The notes: generated by a model from the sequence alone, not told the origin. A DNA stretch of 64,000 nucleotides from a bacterium (GCA_021824345.1 JAKAKW010000002.1:86552-150551); one strand, 5' to 3'. Shown: positions 37,362 to 46,747, counted from the stretch's first letter. Numbers and translations: made by a program.

Positions 37362-38031
37362 AATAGTGCATCCATACGCCCATAGGTTGACCATATTGAG
37401 AGACTGGAAGTCCCACTGGTTTGCCGATCGTGGAAAATATCGGGAATATTTGAAAGGCGACGTTCTTCTTCGGGAGTATCTTGAAAAGAGGCTGCGCGGG
37501 ATGTATGTGTCTTCGATAGAAATTGAAAGAAATCAGAAAACCACTCGCTTCATTCTGAGAACTTCCCGTCCCGGGCTTATTATCGGCAGAAGCGGAGAAG
37601 GAGCGGCCAAGCTCAAAGCGGACATCGTAAAAAAAATGGAGAAGCTGAATCTTCCCAAAACAGAAGATTTTAAACTGGAAATCGTGGAAGTGGCCAATCC
37701 GGAAGCGGATGCCTCCATAGTCGCGTACATGGTCGCGGAGGGTTTGGAAAAAAGAATGCCGTATAGAAGGGTGGTCAAGCAGACTCTTGAGAAAGTGATG
37801 GCCACCCAAGGAGTGGAAGGAGCCAAGATAGTGGTTTCCGGACGCCTTGGCGGAGCGGAAATCTCCCGTACGGAAGAGCTGAAGCGCGGTTCCATACCGC
37901 TTCAGACTTTCCGCGCGGACATAGATTTCAAAAGAGAGCGCGCGGTTTTGCCTTATGGCACCATCGGCATAAAGGTTTGGATTTACCGCGGAAAAGTTTT
38001 TGCAGACAAGAAAAAAGAAGTGAAGATTTAA
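37354..38031 (+). CDS. rpsC: Ribosomal protein S3
   Basis: KH domain and S3 C-terminal domain (VSGRLGGAEISRTE). Confidence 0.95.
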   Translation: MSKIVHPYAHRLTILRDWKSHWFADRGKYREYLKGDVLLREYLEKRLRGMYVSSIEIERNQKTTRFILRTSRPGLIIGRSGEGAAKLKADIVKKMEKLNLPKTEDFKLEIVEVANPEADASIVAYMVAEGLEKRMPYRRVVKQTLEKVMATQGVEGAKIVVSGRLGGAEISRTEELKRGSIPLQTFRADIDFKRERAVLPYGTIGIKVWIYRGKVFADKKKEVKI

Positions 38032-38044
38032 TAAATATAAAGCC

Positions 38045-38473
38045 ATGTTATTGCCCAAAAAAGTAAAATACAGGAAATGGCAGACGGGACGCCTGAATCC
38101 TAAGAAAATTTCCCCTGAGACTCGCGGCACCAGTCTTTCTTTCGGATCCTTCGGGCTGAAAGCGGAAACCGCTTCCCGCGTGCGCTCCAACCAGATAGAG
38201 TCGGCGAGAAAAGTAGTGGCAAGAACGCTTACCAAGACGGGCAAGTACTGGATTCGCATATTTCCAGATCGTCCCTATACCGCCAAAGCGGCGGAGGTGG
38301 GAATGGGCAAGGGAAAAGGGGATCCTCAAGGATACTGCGCCGAAGTTATGCCCGGGCGGATAATATTTGAAGTGGATGGAGTGGAAGAGCCGGTGGCAAA
38401 GGAAGCCCTGCGCAAAGCCGGTTCCAAACTTCCCATGAAGACAAGAATAGTTTCCAGAATCGAAAACAAGTAA
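38045..38473 (+). CDS. rplP: Ribosomal protein L16
   Basis: LLPKKVKYRKWQTGR ... L16 signature. Confidence 0.95.
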   Translation: MLLPKKVKYRKWQTGRLNPKKISPETRGTSLSFGSFGLKAETASRVRSNQIESARKVVARTLTKTGKYWIRIFPDRPYTAKAAEVGMGKGKGDPQGYCAEVMPGRIIFEVDGVEEPVAKEALRKAGSKLPMKTRIVSRIENK

Positions 38474-38474
38474 T

Positions 38475-38693
38475 ATGAAAAAGAAAGAGGAAAATTTAAA
38501 ATCATTCAGCGCGGAGGAATTGAAAAAGCGCCTGAGCGAGCTCGAGGAAAAAATGCGCTCCCTGAAGTTCAAAGCGGAAGGCGCTAAATCCAAGAACGTA
38601 AAAGAGGGAAGGAATCTGCGAAAGGAAATCGCCCGCACCCTTACCGAAATGAGTGATCCGAAGCGCAAACAAAACAGCCATGGAAAAAAATAA
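38475..38693 (+). CDS. rpmC: Ribosomal protein L29
   Basis: [19 protein letters not shown]29 helix signature. Confidence 0.85.
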   Translation: MKKKEENLKSFSAEELKKRLSELEEKMRSLKFKAEGAKSKNVKEGRNLRKEIARTLTEMSDPKRKQNSHGKK

Positions 38694-38910
38694 ACAAACC
38701 TTAAAAGGCACGGTGGTAGGCGACAAGATGGATAAAACCGTCGTGGTTTCAGTGTCGCGCTTCGTGAAGCACCCGAAATACGGAAAATATTACAAGATAA
38801 GCAAAAAGTATAAGGCGCACGATCCGGAAAACAAATGCAAAGTCGGAGACAAAGTGGAAATATCTCCCTGCCGTCCGATTTCAAAGGACAAGAGATTCCG
38901 GGTAGTTTAA
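38680..38910 (+). CDS. rpsQ: Ribosomal protein S17
   Basis: [68 protein letters not shown]. Start coordinate approximate (plus or minus 1-3 nt). Confidence 0.9.
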   Translation: MEKNKQTLKGTVVGDKMDKTVVVSVSRFVKHPKYGKYYKISKKYKAHDPENKCKVGDKVEISPCRPISKDKRFRVV

Positions 38911-38925
38911 TCTAATAGAAAAATC

Positions 38926-39297
38926 ATGATACAGACGGAAACATTGGTAAAAATAACGGATAACGCCGGAGGCACGGTGGGCAAGGTTTTTAAAATTCTC
39001 GGCAGTTCCAAGAAGCGCTACGCTTCCATAGGAGAGAAGGTTATAATCTCGGTCAAATCAGCCAGTCCGCGCAAGTTGGTGAAAAAGAAAGACGTGCACC
39101 AGGCGGTGGTGGTGCGCACCCGCGAAGCGTATCGGAGAAAAGACGGTTCTTACATTCGCTTTGACGACAACGCGGTAGTGCTTTTGGAAAAGGGGAAAAT
39201 GGACCCGAAAGCCGGGCGCATTTTCGGTCCCATTCCCAGAGAATTGGCGGAAAAAGGATATCAGAAAATAGTATCTCTGGCGCCGGAAGTAATTTAA
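38926..39297 (+). CDS. rplN: Ribosomal protein L14
   Basis: MIQTETLVKITDNAGG L14 signature. Confidence 0.95.
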   Translation: MIQTETLVKITDNAGGTVGKVFKILGSSKKRYASIGEKVIISVKSASPRKLVKKKDVHQAVVVRTREAYRRKDGSYIRFDDNAVVLLEKGKMDPKAGRIFGPIPRELAEKGYQKIVSLAPEVI

Positions 39298-39304
39298 TAC
39301 ATAA

Positions 39305-39523
39305 ATGAACATAAAAAAAGGAGACAATATAATAATTATCGCAGGCAAAGACCGGGGCAAAAAAGGAAAAGTGGCCCGGGCGCTTCCAAAGGAAAACAAG
39401 GTGATAGTGGAAGGCGTAAATTTGTATAAGAAGCACCGCCGAGCGAAAACAACCAACGATAAAGGATCGGTGAGCGAGATTCCCATGCCCATGCACGTTT
39501 CAAACGTGAAGAAAGTAGATTAA
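39305..39523 (+). CDS. rplX: Ribosomal protein L24
   Basis: KOW motif IKKGDNIIIIAGKDRGKKGKV. Confidence 0.9.
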   Translation: MNIKKGDNIIIIAGKDRGKKGKVARALPKENKVIVEGVNLYKKHRRAKTTNDKGSVSEIPMPMHVSNVKKVD

Positions 39524-40083
39524 TGCAAAAAGACATGAAACATTTATCTGTAAAAGAAAAAGAAGCGGAAGCCTTTGAAAAACTGAAGGGTGTTTTCCAT
39601 TACAAAGCGAAAATGTCCGCGCCAAAGGTGGTTAAAGTGGTGGTAAGCGTCGGAACCGGAACAAGACAGAAAGCGAACAAGGACACGAATGAATTTGTCA
39701 TCGGGCGGCTGGCCAAAATCACCGGCCAGCGCGGGGCATTGCGCGGAGCCAAAAAATCAGTGTCTTCTTTCAAAATAAGGCAGGGAGATTCCATCGGAGC
39801 GGTGGTCACTTTGCGCGGAAAAAGAATGTACTCTTTTCTGGAGAAGCTTCTGAATGTGGCTTTGCCCAGAACCAAGGACTTTCGCGGAATCAGCCGCAAG
39901 GCGGTGGATGACGTAGGCAACCTTACCATCGGAATTCGCGAACATACCATTTTTCCGGAAACCGCCGATGAAGATATCCGAGACGTATTCGGGCTGTCCG
40001 TAACTTTGGTCTCTACCGCTAAGGATAAAAAAGAGGGCCTGGCCTTCTTTGAACTTTTGGGCGTGCCATTCAAAAAAGAATAA
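39523..40083 (+). CDS. rplE: Ribosomal protein L5
   Basis: L5 core LAKITGQRGALRGAKKSVSSFKIRQGDSIGAVVTLRG. Confidence 0.95.
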   Translation: MQKDMKHLSVKEKEAEAFEKLKGVFHYKAKMSAPKVVKVVVSVGTGTRQKANKDTNEFVIGRLAKITGQRGALRGAKKSVSSFKIRQGDSIGAVVTLRGKRMYSFLEKLLNVALPRTKDFRGISRKAVDDVGNLTIGIREHTIFPETADEDIRDVFGLSVTLVSTAKDKKEGLAFFELLGVPFKKE

Positions 40084-40116
40084 TTTATTAAATGGTTTGA
40101 TTGAGGTATAATAGCT

Positions 40117-40542
40117 GTGTATACAGCGACCATGGATCCCAAACCATCTTTTGATCAAGAAATAAGCGAAGCTGTACAGCAGTTTGAGACAGAATCAACG
40201 GAAAAACCGGCGCCTTTCGGCAATGAAGGAGCAGAGGCTTCTTCATTGTACCCGCCTCATGCCTCTGTTTCTCAGTCTTCCATTGAAAAGCCTTCGGGCA
40301 TGATCGGGATGGTGATGAAACTCTCCAGCGGAACGGTGAAAACAAGAAAGCAGGCGAATGCGGCGATGTTGATATTCGTAGTTTTGTCGGCGGTTATAAC
40401 TTTGTTTTTACTAACCGGAGGCTTTGCGGGCAAGGCTCCAAACACGACGCCGATATATCAAGAAGATTTGACCCCTACAGCCAGGGCAACTATACCTGGA
40501 AGCGTGCTCAAAACAATACCTTACAAAAATGGGAATAAATGA
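40117..40542 (+). CDS. Hypothetical single-pass membrane protein (acidic/Ser-rich N-domain) preceding a pilin gene
   Basis: One TM helix (AAMLIFVVLSAVITLFLL). No known domain. Overlaps the pilin ORF by 14 nt. Confidence 0.35.
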   Translation: MYTATMDPKPSFDQEISEAVQQFETESTEKPAPFGNEGAEASSLYPPHASVSQSSIEKPSGMIGMVMKLSSGTVKTRKQANAAMLIFVVLSAVITLFLLTGGFAGKAPNTTPIYQEDLTPTARATIPGSVLKTIPYKNGNK

Positions 40543-41026
40543 TTCACAACTGGAAAGAGGTTTCACTCTAATAGAGCTTTTGGTTGTTATAGCAATAATA
40601 GGCGTTTTGGCTTCCGTGGTTCTTGCGAGTCTTACTTCTGCGAGGGAAAAGGCAAAAATAGCAAAGGCTCAATCTGAAATGCGGCAAGTAGTGCAAGCCA
40701 TTATCATAGCCCAAGGGGAACAAGGCAAGCCTCTTCTCGTATTTGCGCCGAATTCAAACTGCGGCCAATGTTATTGCGCTGACATAAATTCCACTTCGTG
40801 TAAAAATAATTGGGTGACCGCCTTGCAACAAATTCAGGACGCAACCAACGGACTGGTTACGGGGTTGACGGCAATGAAGTATGATCCATGGGGACATCCC
40901 TATCTTATTGACGCAAACCAATATGAAGGCGGGTCCAGCGCTTGTTTGAACGCCGATGGTTTTGGGGTATATGGCCAAGGCATACCCAATGCCCCTTCAA
41001 TTCCGCTCAGCCCGGTGTGTCCTTAA
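40529..41026 (+). CDS. Type IV pilin / pseudopilin with class-III (prepilin) signal peptide
   Basis: Leader MGINDSQLERG then FTLIELLVVIAIIGVLASVV (G-1, F+1, E+5 N-methylation motif). The C-terminal domain has Cys pairs. Confidence 0.75.
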   Translation: MGINDSQLERGFTLIELLVVIAIIGVLASVVLASLTSAREKAKIAKAQSEMRQVVQAIIIAQGEQGKPLLVFAPNSNCGQCYCADINSTSCKNNWVTALQQIQDATNGLVTGLTAMKYDPWGHPYLIDANQYEGGSSACLNADGFGVYGQGIPNAPSIPLSPVCP

Positions 41027-41172
41027 CAGCAAATTATCAAGAATCAATAAGAAGCGCCAACGCATCAGATACAGGCAAGTATCAGGTCGGCTACGGTTGG
41101 AGCCGCTCCGGCCGGGATTAGCAGGACGAATTAGCTGGGTGACCGGGGCGAGTTTGAACAATAGCCGTATTT

Positions 41173-41320
41173 GACTTTGCGGCATATTTTGCTAATATGG
41201 CATCCAAGGGAGCGATGCTCCGTTTAATCCGCTTTTCTCCTTTAATTTTCGCTTTCCGGGAGGGTTAAAGGAAAAAAGCGAGATATTGCGGAGCAAGCTT
41301 TCCTCTTTTTATCACGTACC
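41173..41320 (+). promoter_or_regulatory. Promoter TTGACT-16-TAATAT plus ~120-nt structured leader upstream of rpsZ
   Basis: The leader contains a 16-bp stem with one mismatch (cgcttttCtcctttaa / ttaaaggaaaaaagcg) and a smaller ggagcgatgctcc hairpin. Confidence 0.4.
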
Positions 41321-41321
41321 C

Positions 41322-41507
41322 ATGGCAAAAACATCGGTTATAGCCAGATCAAAAAAGAAGCCTAAATTTTCAACCCGGGCGAAAAACCGGTGTTTTCGCT
41401 GCGGCCGAGGCAAGGGATATATGCGGGATTTCGGACTGTGCCGAATATGTTTCCGGGAATATGCCAATGAGGGAAAGCTTCCCGGAGTAAGAAAGTCTTC
41501 GTGGTAA
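41322..41507 (+). CDS. rpsZ: Ribosomal protein S14 type Z (zinc-binding, 61 aa)
   Basis: [46 protein letters not shown] with the CxxC...CxxC zinc motif. Start at the internal ATG 41322. Confidence 0.85.
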   Translation: MAKTSVIARSKKKPKFSTRAKNRCFRCGRGKGYMRDFGLCRICFREYANEGKLPGVRKSSW

Positions 41508-41520
41508 CAAGAACAAAAAG

Positions 41521-41907
41521 ATGGATCCGATAGCAAACATGATAATAATGATAAAGAATGGGAACGCCGCCGGACAGGAGTCTGTGTTTTTGCCGTATTC
41601 AAAAATGAAAGCGGCCATAGCCGAATGCTTGAAGAAAGAGGGATACGTGGGCGAGGTTGCCAAAAAGACGAAAAAGAATCGTTCGGTGCTGGAAGTGAAG
41701 CTCGTGTATGAAGGCAAGATCCCCAAGATAACTCACGCGGAAAGAATTTCCAAACAGTCCAAGCGGGTGTATTTCGGCGTGAAGGAGCTTTATCCGGTAC
41801 GGGGAGGCAATGGCCTTCTGGTGCTTTCCACCCCCAAAGGAATTCTCGGAGGAAAAGATGCGCGCAAAGAGCATGTCGGAGGCGAAGCTCTTTTCAAGTT
41901 GTGGTAA
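41521..41907 (+). CDS. rpsH: Ribosomal protein S8
   Basis: MDPIANMIIMIKNGNAA S8 signature. Confidence 0.95.
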   Translation: MDPIANMIIMIKNGNAAGQESVFLPYSKMKAAIAECLKKEGYVGEVAKKTKKNRSVLEVKLVYEGKIPKITHAERISKQSKRVYFGVKELYPVRGGNGLLVLSTPKGILGGKDARKEHVGGEALFKLW

Positions 41908-41929
41908 GAAAAAACCAAAGCAAAAAAAT

Positions 41930-42463
41930 ATGTCAAGAATAGGAAAAAGAGAAATACCGATACCGACAGGAATAAAAATTTCCCAAGAGGGGACTTTCTT
42001 TACCGTGACCGGGCCGAAGGGATCCTTGAAAAAGTCTTTTCGCGACGATATAACCATAACCATTGGAGAAAAGGCCGTCTCTTTGAAAGCGAAGCGAAAT
42101 GACAAATTTTCCAAATCGCTGTGGGGAACGTATGCCGCCCATATCAAAAATATGATCAAGGGCGTGCAGGAGCCATATCAAAAGAAACTTATTTTGGAAG
42201 GAGTGGGATTCAAGTCGGAAGTGGCGGGAAAGGAAATGAAATTCGCTCTCGGGTTCTCTCATCCGGTAATCGTACCCATTCCCGAAGGCATTACCGCAGC
42301 CGCGGAAAAAAACAACATCACCATTACCGGCATTGACAAGGAGCTGGTGGGAAGCTTTGCCGCCGGCATCAGAGCTCTTAAAAAAGCTGAACCGTATAAA
42401 GGCAAAGGCATGAGGTATGAGGGTGAGGTCGTGAGAAGGAAGCAAGGCAAGAAGACGGCATAA
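41930..42463 (+). CDS. rplF: Ribosomal protein L6
   Basis: MSRIGKREIPIPTGIKI... two L6 repeats. Start at the internal ATG 41930. Confidence 0.9.
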   Translation: MSRIGKREIPIPTGIKISQEGTFFTVTGPKGSLKKSFRDDITITIGEKAVSLKAKRNDKFSKSLWGTYAAHIKNMIKGVQEPYQKKLILEGVGFKSEVAGKEMKFALGFSHPVIVPIPEGITAAAEKNNITITGIDKELVGSFAAGIRALKKAEPYKGKGMRYEGEVVRRKQGKKTA

Positions 42464-42467
42464 AATT

Positions 42468-42809
42468 ATGCAGAAAAAAGACGAAAAAAGAATACGCTTG
42501 AAAAGGAAGATTCGGTCCAAAATCCAGGGTACCGCGGGACATCCGCGCTTGTCCGTTTTTCGTTCCAACAAATTTATTTACGCTCAGGTAATAGACGATA
42601 CGGCCGGCAAAACCATTGCCGAAGCGAGCGACATAAAAATAAATGAGGGTACAAAGGTGGAGCGAGCGAAGAAGGTGGGCGCCATGATAGCGGAAAAATG
42701 CGTAAAGGCCGGAATAACCAAAGTGGTATTTGACCGGAACGGCTTCAAGTATGCCGGAAGGATTAAATTGGTAGCTGACTCGGCCAGAGGCGCCGGGCTT
42801 AAGTTTTAA
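42468..42809 (+). CDS. rplR: Ribosomal protein L18
   Basis: HPRLSVFRSNKFIYAQVIDD L18 signature. Confidence 0.9.
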   Translation: MQKKDEKRIRLKRKIRSKIQGTAGHPRLSVFRSNKFIYAQVIDDTAGKTIAEASDIKINEGTKVERAKKVGAMIAEKCVKAGITKVVFDRNGFKYAGRIKLVADSARGAGLKF

Positions 42810-42817
42810 TAAAAAAA

Positions 42818-43402
42818 ATGGAAGAGAAAGAAGAAAAAAAAGAAGAACGGGGAGAAAGAGGCAGGAGGAACGGCGGAAGATCCGATCGGGGCAGAATGGG
42901 CCGGCCGAAGCCGGAATTTGACCAGAAGATCCTGGATATACGCCGGGTTACCCGCGTGGTGGCCGGAGGCCGGAGGTTTTCTTTCAGCGTATACCTTGCC
43001 GCCGGAGACAGGCGCGGATCGGTCGGAGTCGGGCTTGGAAAGGCCGGAGACACGTCTCTTGCCATCAACAAAGCTCTTCGCAACGCGAAAAAGAACATGG
43101 TAACCTTGAAGCTCACCAAAACAATGTCTCTTCCTTACGAAATGAAAGCCAAATTCGGCAGCGCCAAAGTTGTGCTTATGCCGAACAAAGGGCGCGGTTT
43201 GGTGGCCGGCACGGTGGTGCGCGACATTGTAAATTTGGCCGGCATGAAGGACGTGACCAGCAAAGTGATTTCCAATTCAAAGAACAAGCTGAACAACGCC
43301 AAGGCGGTGATGAAAGCTCTCGCCCCCGTTTCCGTAAAATATGAGAAAAAATCTGCTCGTCCCGCCTCAAGGAGCGCGGAAAAGGAACAGGAAAGAAAAT
43401 AA
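42818..43402 (+). CDS. rpsE: Ribosomal protein S5 with Glu/Arg/Gly-rich N-terminal extension
   Basis: RRVTRVVAGGRRFSFSVYLAAGDRRGSVGVGLGKAGDTSLAINKA S5 core. Confidence 0.9.
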   Translation: MEEKEEKKEERGERGRRNGGRSDRGRMGRPKPEFDQKILDIRRVTRVVAGGRRFSFSVYLAAGDRRGSVGVGLGKAGDTSLAINKALRNAKKNMVTLKLTKTMSLPYEMKAKFGSAKVVLMPNKGRGLVAGTVVRDIVNLAGMKDVTSKVISNSKNKLNNAKAVMKALAPVSVKYEKKSARPASRSAEKEQERK

Positions 43403-43414
43403 TTTTTAACGATC

Positions 43415-43726
43415 ATGCAGATACACGAACTAAAAAGACAGCATAAAAACAAAAAGGACCGCATAGTGGGCCGGGGAGGCAAGCACGCCAAGCAATCCGG
43501 CCGCGGAGGCAAGGGCCAGACCGCCCGAGCCGGCAATAAACGCCGGCCGGAGCTGCGCGACATCATCAAGCGCTTGCCCAAGCGCCGAGGGTACAGGTTT
43601 CATTCCCGCCGGAAAGAAGTGATTATTAAAAAAGACGGTACGGGAACCGGAACGAGCAAGGCCGATTCTTTCTCCGCCATTCGCAAGCAAACCGGCCAGA
43701 AAGGGGGTAAAATAAAGTTTAAGTAA
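43415..43726 (+). CDS. rplO: Ribosomal protein L15 (short form, 103 aa). No L30 gene between rpsE and rplO.
   Basis: GRGGKHAKQSGRGGKGQTARAGNKRRP...KRLPKRRGYRF matches the L15 N-terminal core. The rpsE-rplO gap of 12 nt leaves no room for rpmD. Confidence 0.75.
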   Translation: MQIHELKRQHKNKKDRIVGRGGKHAKQSGRGGKGQTARAGNKRRPELRDIIKRLPKRRGYRFHSRRKEVIIKKDGTGTGTSKADSFSAIRKQTGQKGGKIKFK

Positions 43727-43730
43727 GCCA

Positions 43731-44999
43731 ATGACTTTCTGGGAAAAAGTAAAATTGATTTGGACAGACAAGGCTTTGCGCAAAAAAGTTCTTTTTGTGC
43801 TTTTTTCCCTGATTATTTTTCGCCTTTTGGCCACCATACCGATTCCGGGCATTGATACGGTGGCCCTTTCCAGATTTCTTTCAAACAATCAGTTCTTCGG
43901 CATACTGAACATTTTTGCCGGAGGCGGGCTTTCCAATCTTTCCATTATCATGCTGGGGGTGGGGCCGTACATTACAAGCTCCATTATCATGCAGCTTCTG
44001 ACAATCATGGTGCCTTCGCTAAAGAGGTTGTATGAAGAGGAAGGAGAAGCCGGAAGGCGCAGATTCACCCAATACTCCCGCCTTCTCACCGTTCCCTTGG
44101 CAATCATCCAGGGTTACAGCCTTTTGGCCATTTTGCAGAAGCAGAATATTTTGGTAAATCTCACCGCTTTTGAACAGTTCATGAACATAGTAATCGTGGT
44201 GGCCGGAGCGATGCTGGTTACCTGGATAGGAGAGTTGATGTCCGAGTTCGGCGTCGGCAACGGCGTGTCCTTGCTCATTTTCGCCGGTATCGTGGCCCGC
44301 ATTCCTGCGGATGTGAGCCAGCTCGCATTTTCCTTTGATCCTTCGCAGGTACCTCTTTTGATAATGTTTATAGTGGCGGGCGTTCTGATCACGGCCGGGG
44401 TGGTGGTGGCTACCGAAGCGGAACGTCCCGTGCCCGTAACTTACGCCAAACAAGTGCGCGGAATGAAAATGTACGGGGGCGGTTCCACTTATCTTCCGTT
44501 GCGGGTAAACCAGGCCGGAGTTATTCCAATCATTTTTGCCTTGTCCATCTTGCTTTTTCCTCAGATGATAGGCAACTTCCTGGCCGGTTCTTCCAATGCC
44601 ACGGTCGCGGCAATCGCCGCTTGGCTTTCCAATTTCTCCCAGACTTCTCTTTCGTACGCCGTCCTATACTTCATTCTCGTGTTTCTGTTTACTTACTTTT
44701 ACACCGCTGTCACTTTTGATCCTGAATCTCTTTCCAAAAATTTACAGAAAAACGGAGCCTTTATCCCCGGCATCCGTCCCGGGCATTCCACCCAGGAGTA
44801 TATTTCCAGGGTGCTTAGCCGGGTAACATTCCTCGGCGCAATATTTCTCGGTGTTGTCGCTATTCTGCCTTTGGCCATGCAGGCTATTACCGGCATTACC
44901 GCTCTGGCTCTCGGAGGCACGGCGCTCTTGATCGTGGTGGCGGTATTAATAGATCTGATCAAGAAAATTGATGCTCAGATCTCCATGAGGGAGTACTAA
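43731..44999 (+). CDS. secY: Preprotein translocase subunit SecY
   Basis: 10 TM helices and SecY signatures (GIMPYITASIIMQLL-like IIMQLLT). Confidence 0.95.
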   Translation: MTFWEKVKLIWTDKALRKKVLFVLFSLIIFRLLATIPIPGIDTVALSRFLSNNQFFGILNIFAGGGLSNLSIIMLGVGPYITSSIIMQLLTIMVPSLKRLYEEEGEAGRRRFTQYSRLLTVPLAIIQGYSLLAILQKQNILVNLTAFEQFMNIVIVVAGAMLVTWIGELMSEFGVGNGVSLLIFAGIVARIPADVSQLAFSFDPSQVPLLIMFIVAGVLITAGVVVATEAERPVPVTYAKQVRGMKMYGGGSTYLPLRVNQAGVIPIIFALSILLFPQMIGNFLAGSSNATVAAIAAWLSNFSQTSLSYAVLYFILVFLFTYFYTAVTFDPESLSKNLQKNGAFIPGIRPGHSTQEYISRVLSRVTFLGAIFLGVVAILPLAMQAITGITALALGGTALLIVVAVLIDLIKKIDAQISMREY

Positions 45000-45088
45000 A
45001 TAGTTTTATTTGACTGGTAAAGCTATTATATGTTATAATCACAGCAAAAGTGATATCATTAATAGTTCTAAAAACTGAAAGGAAAATT

Positions 45089-45367
45089 ATGAAGACTTTC
45101 TTTTATGCCTTGCCGTTATCGGAACATATATTTAGGGGCAATGTTCCCAATATGAATGTTTTATTGGCAAAATTTATGGGGTGGGCAGAGCAATTTGGTA
45201 TTAATTCTGACGAATCCATTGCGGTGTGGTTTGATGGTCGTTTTGACGACCATATCCCGCTTGAGGGATTTGGTTCGGGAATGAAAAATAATATCAACAA
45301 ATTTGCTCAATCTGCCAGAGAAAAGCTTCCGAAAGAGGCTAATATGATTGATTTAACTGATTATTAA
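45089..45367 (+). CDS. AT-rich hypothetical protein (92 aa)
   Basis: RBS aaaggaaaa then ATG at 45089. Followed by the intrinsic terminator at 45397..45426. No known domain. Confidence 0.4.
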   Translation: MKTFFYALPLSEHIFRGNVPNMNVLLAKFMGWAEQFGINSDESIAVWFDGRFDDHIPLEGFGSGMKNNINKFAQSAREKLPKEANMIDLTDY

Positions 45368-45396
45368 AAATATGGTTAATAGCCATATTTTGTCTT

Positions 45397-45426
45397 AAAC
45401 CCATAGTTTATTCTATGGGTTTTTTA
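45397..45426 (+). terminator. Intrinsic terminator (aaacccatag-tttattc-ctatgggttt + T-run)
   Basis: 10-bp stem followed by ttttt. Confidence 0.6.
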
Positions 45427-45611
45427 ATGGCATTCAACGTTTTAGACAGGTTGCAAAAGCTTGTGATAATGCTAATCTTTATATATGCGAAAACGGCTCA
45501 AAAAGAAGCTTCACAGTTGTGCGCTATGCAAACCTCACAAAATGAAATGGAGTTTGCGCTGGGAAGCAAAGGAATTTGGCCTATTAAAAGAATTTTAAAA
45601 ATATAAAAAAT

Positions 45612-46139
45612 ATGCGAGAGTATAAACAGTCTACTATTGAAGTAATTATCACCGGCGGTACTATTGATTCTTATTACGAAGGAGCGAAAGATACCGCTGT
45701 ACCGTTGAAATTATCTTCCATTCCTCTCTTTTTCAAACTTATTAAACCAGAGGATAATGTATTTTTTAAAAAGGTTTGCATGAAAGACAGCCGGCAGTTG
45801 AATGGCAATGATTTAAAGAAAATACGTGAGGTTATTAATAAATCCAAATCAAAACTGTTTATTGTCACCCATGGAACGTATACCATGCCTGACACAGCCC
45901 GTTTTTTGGCAACAAACCTAAAAAGAAAAGATTGCACGGTTATTCTTACCGGCTCAATGATTCCGCTTACGGGATTTGCGCCCTCCGATGCTCCGTTTAA
46001 TTTAGGATATTCTTTTGCGATGGTCAAAACGCTTAAACCTGGGATATATGTGTGCATGAATGGAAGAATATTCGATCCAATGGAAGTAGCAAAAAGAATT
46101 TCTGCTGGAAAGTTTGTCTCGGTACTTGGTGAAAATTAG
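45612..46139 (+). CDS. Asparaginase-family protein, N-terminal catalytic domain only (175 aa)
   Basis: ITGGTIDS, FIVTHGTYTMPDTARFL, and LTGSMIPLTGFAPSDAPFNL resemble type I L-asparaginase / GatD N-domain motifs (TGGTIA, HGTDTM, GSMRP..SDGP). Confidence 0.55.
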   Translation: MREYKQSTIEVIITGGTIDSYYEGAKDTAVPLKLSSIPLFFKLIKPEDNVFFKKVCMKDSRQLNGNDLKKIREVINKSKSKLFIVTHGTYTMPDTARFLATNLKRKDCTVILTGSMIPLTGFAPSDAPFNLGYSFAMVKTLKPGIYVCMNGRIFDPMEVAKRISAGKFVSVLGEN

Positions 46140-46747
46140 CTTTTATCTTTTCGGTATTTCTCGATAACTTTCTCGATATCTTTTGTCACCTTAGGAATCG
46201 GCTGATTGCCGTTTATTTTTTTCATTTTACCGAGGCTTTCAAAATACTTTACAGTTTTGCTGACTTGTTTTTTGTGGTAGTCAATCCTGGCCTTTATTAT
46301 TTTGTCGTCATCCAACACTTTGTATATCGCTTTCATATTGCCGGCCTTCCGGGCTCGCGACCTGCGGTATACCTCCCTGTCCGGCAGGGTAATGTAAAAA
46401 GCAAAGAAGTCTTCCTTCTTAGACTCCATGATTTTCTTCAAAAGCTGGGCTTCCGGCTTGAGCCGGGGGTTGCCGATAAAAATCAAGTCTTTCCCTTTCG
46501 GTTTTTTGCCTATTTCATGCACTAAAAATTTTTTCATAAGTGCTACCGGCGCCGGTTTCCCTTGCCCGGTGGTTCTACGCACCCATGCTCCGTCTTGGCT
46601 TTTTTCTTTCATTAACTTGCGCCAATGTACCCCCGATTCTACCGGCCTAAGAGAATATTTTTTCATCAAAATATTTGCCTGGGTCTCCTTGCCAGAAGTA
46701 ATCATCCCCAGAAGCACGATATTGAACCCCAATCTCTCTTTTTTCAT
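46136..46747 (-). CDS. Divergent nucleoside-monophosphate (adenylate) kinase-family paralog
   Basis: P-loop variant GMITSGKETQ. NMP-kinase-like core with basic C-terminal tail. Start at internal ATG (MKKERLGFNIVLLG). Confidence 0.45.
   Translation of the reverse strand: MKKERLGFNIVLLGMITSGKETQANILMKKYSLRPVESGVHWRKLMKEKSQDGAWVRRTTGQGKPAPVALMKKFLVHEIGKKPKGKDLIFIGNPRLKPEAQLLKKIMESKKEDFFAFYITLPDREVYRRSRARKAGNMKAIYKVLDDDKIIKARIDYHKKQVSKTVKYFESLGKMKKINGNQPIPKVTKDIEKVIEKYRKDKS

Noticed and set aside
37237-38259. 340-aa minus-strand ORF across rplV/rpsC/rplP
   Set aside because: Antisense to three highly conserved ribosomal protein genes. No motifs.
38640-38655. Apparent 1-nt inconsistency between my manual reading of the printed sequence and the ORF-track translation at the L29/S17 junction
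   Set aside because: The ORF track is internally consistent (L29 ends 38693, S17 frame opens at 38653 with GTG). I treated my hand indexing as off by one here and used track coordinates. It does not affect the gene calls.
45415-45606. 63-aa ORF downstream of the terminator at 45397
   Set aside because: Starts inside the terminator hairpin. Hydrophobic low-complexity translation. No RBS. Probably non-coding spacer before the asparaginase-like gene.
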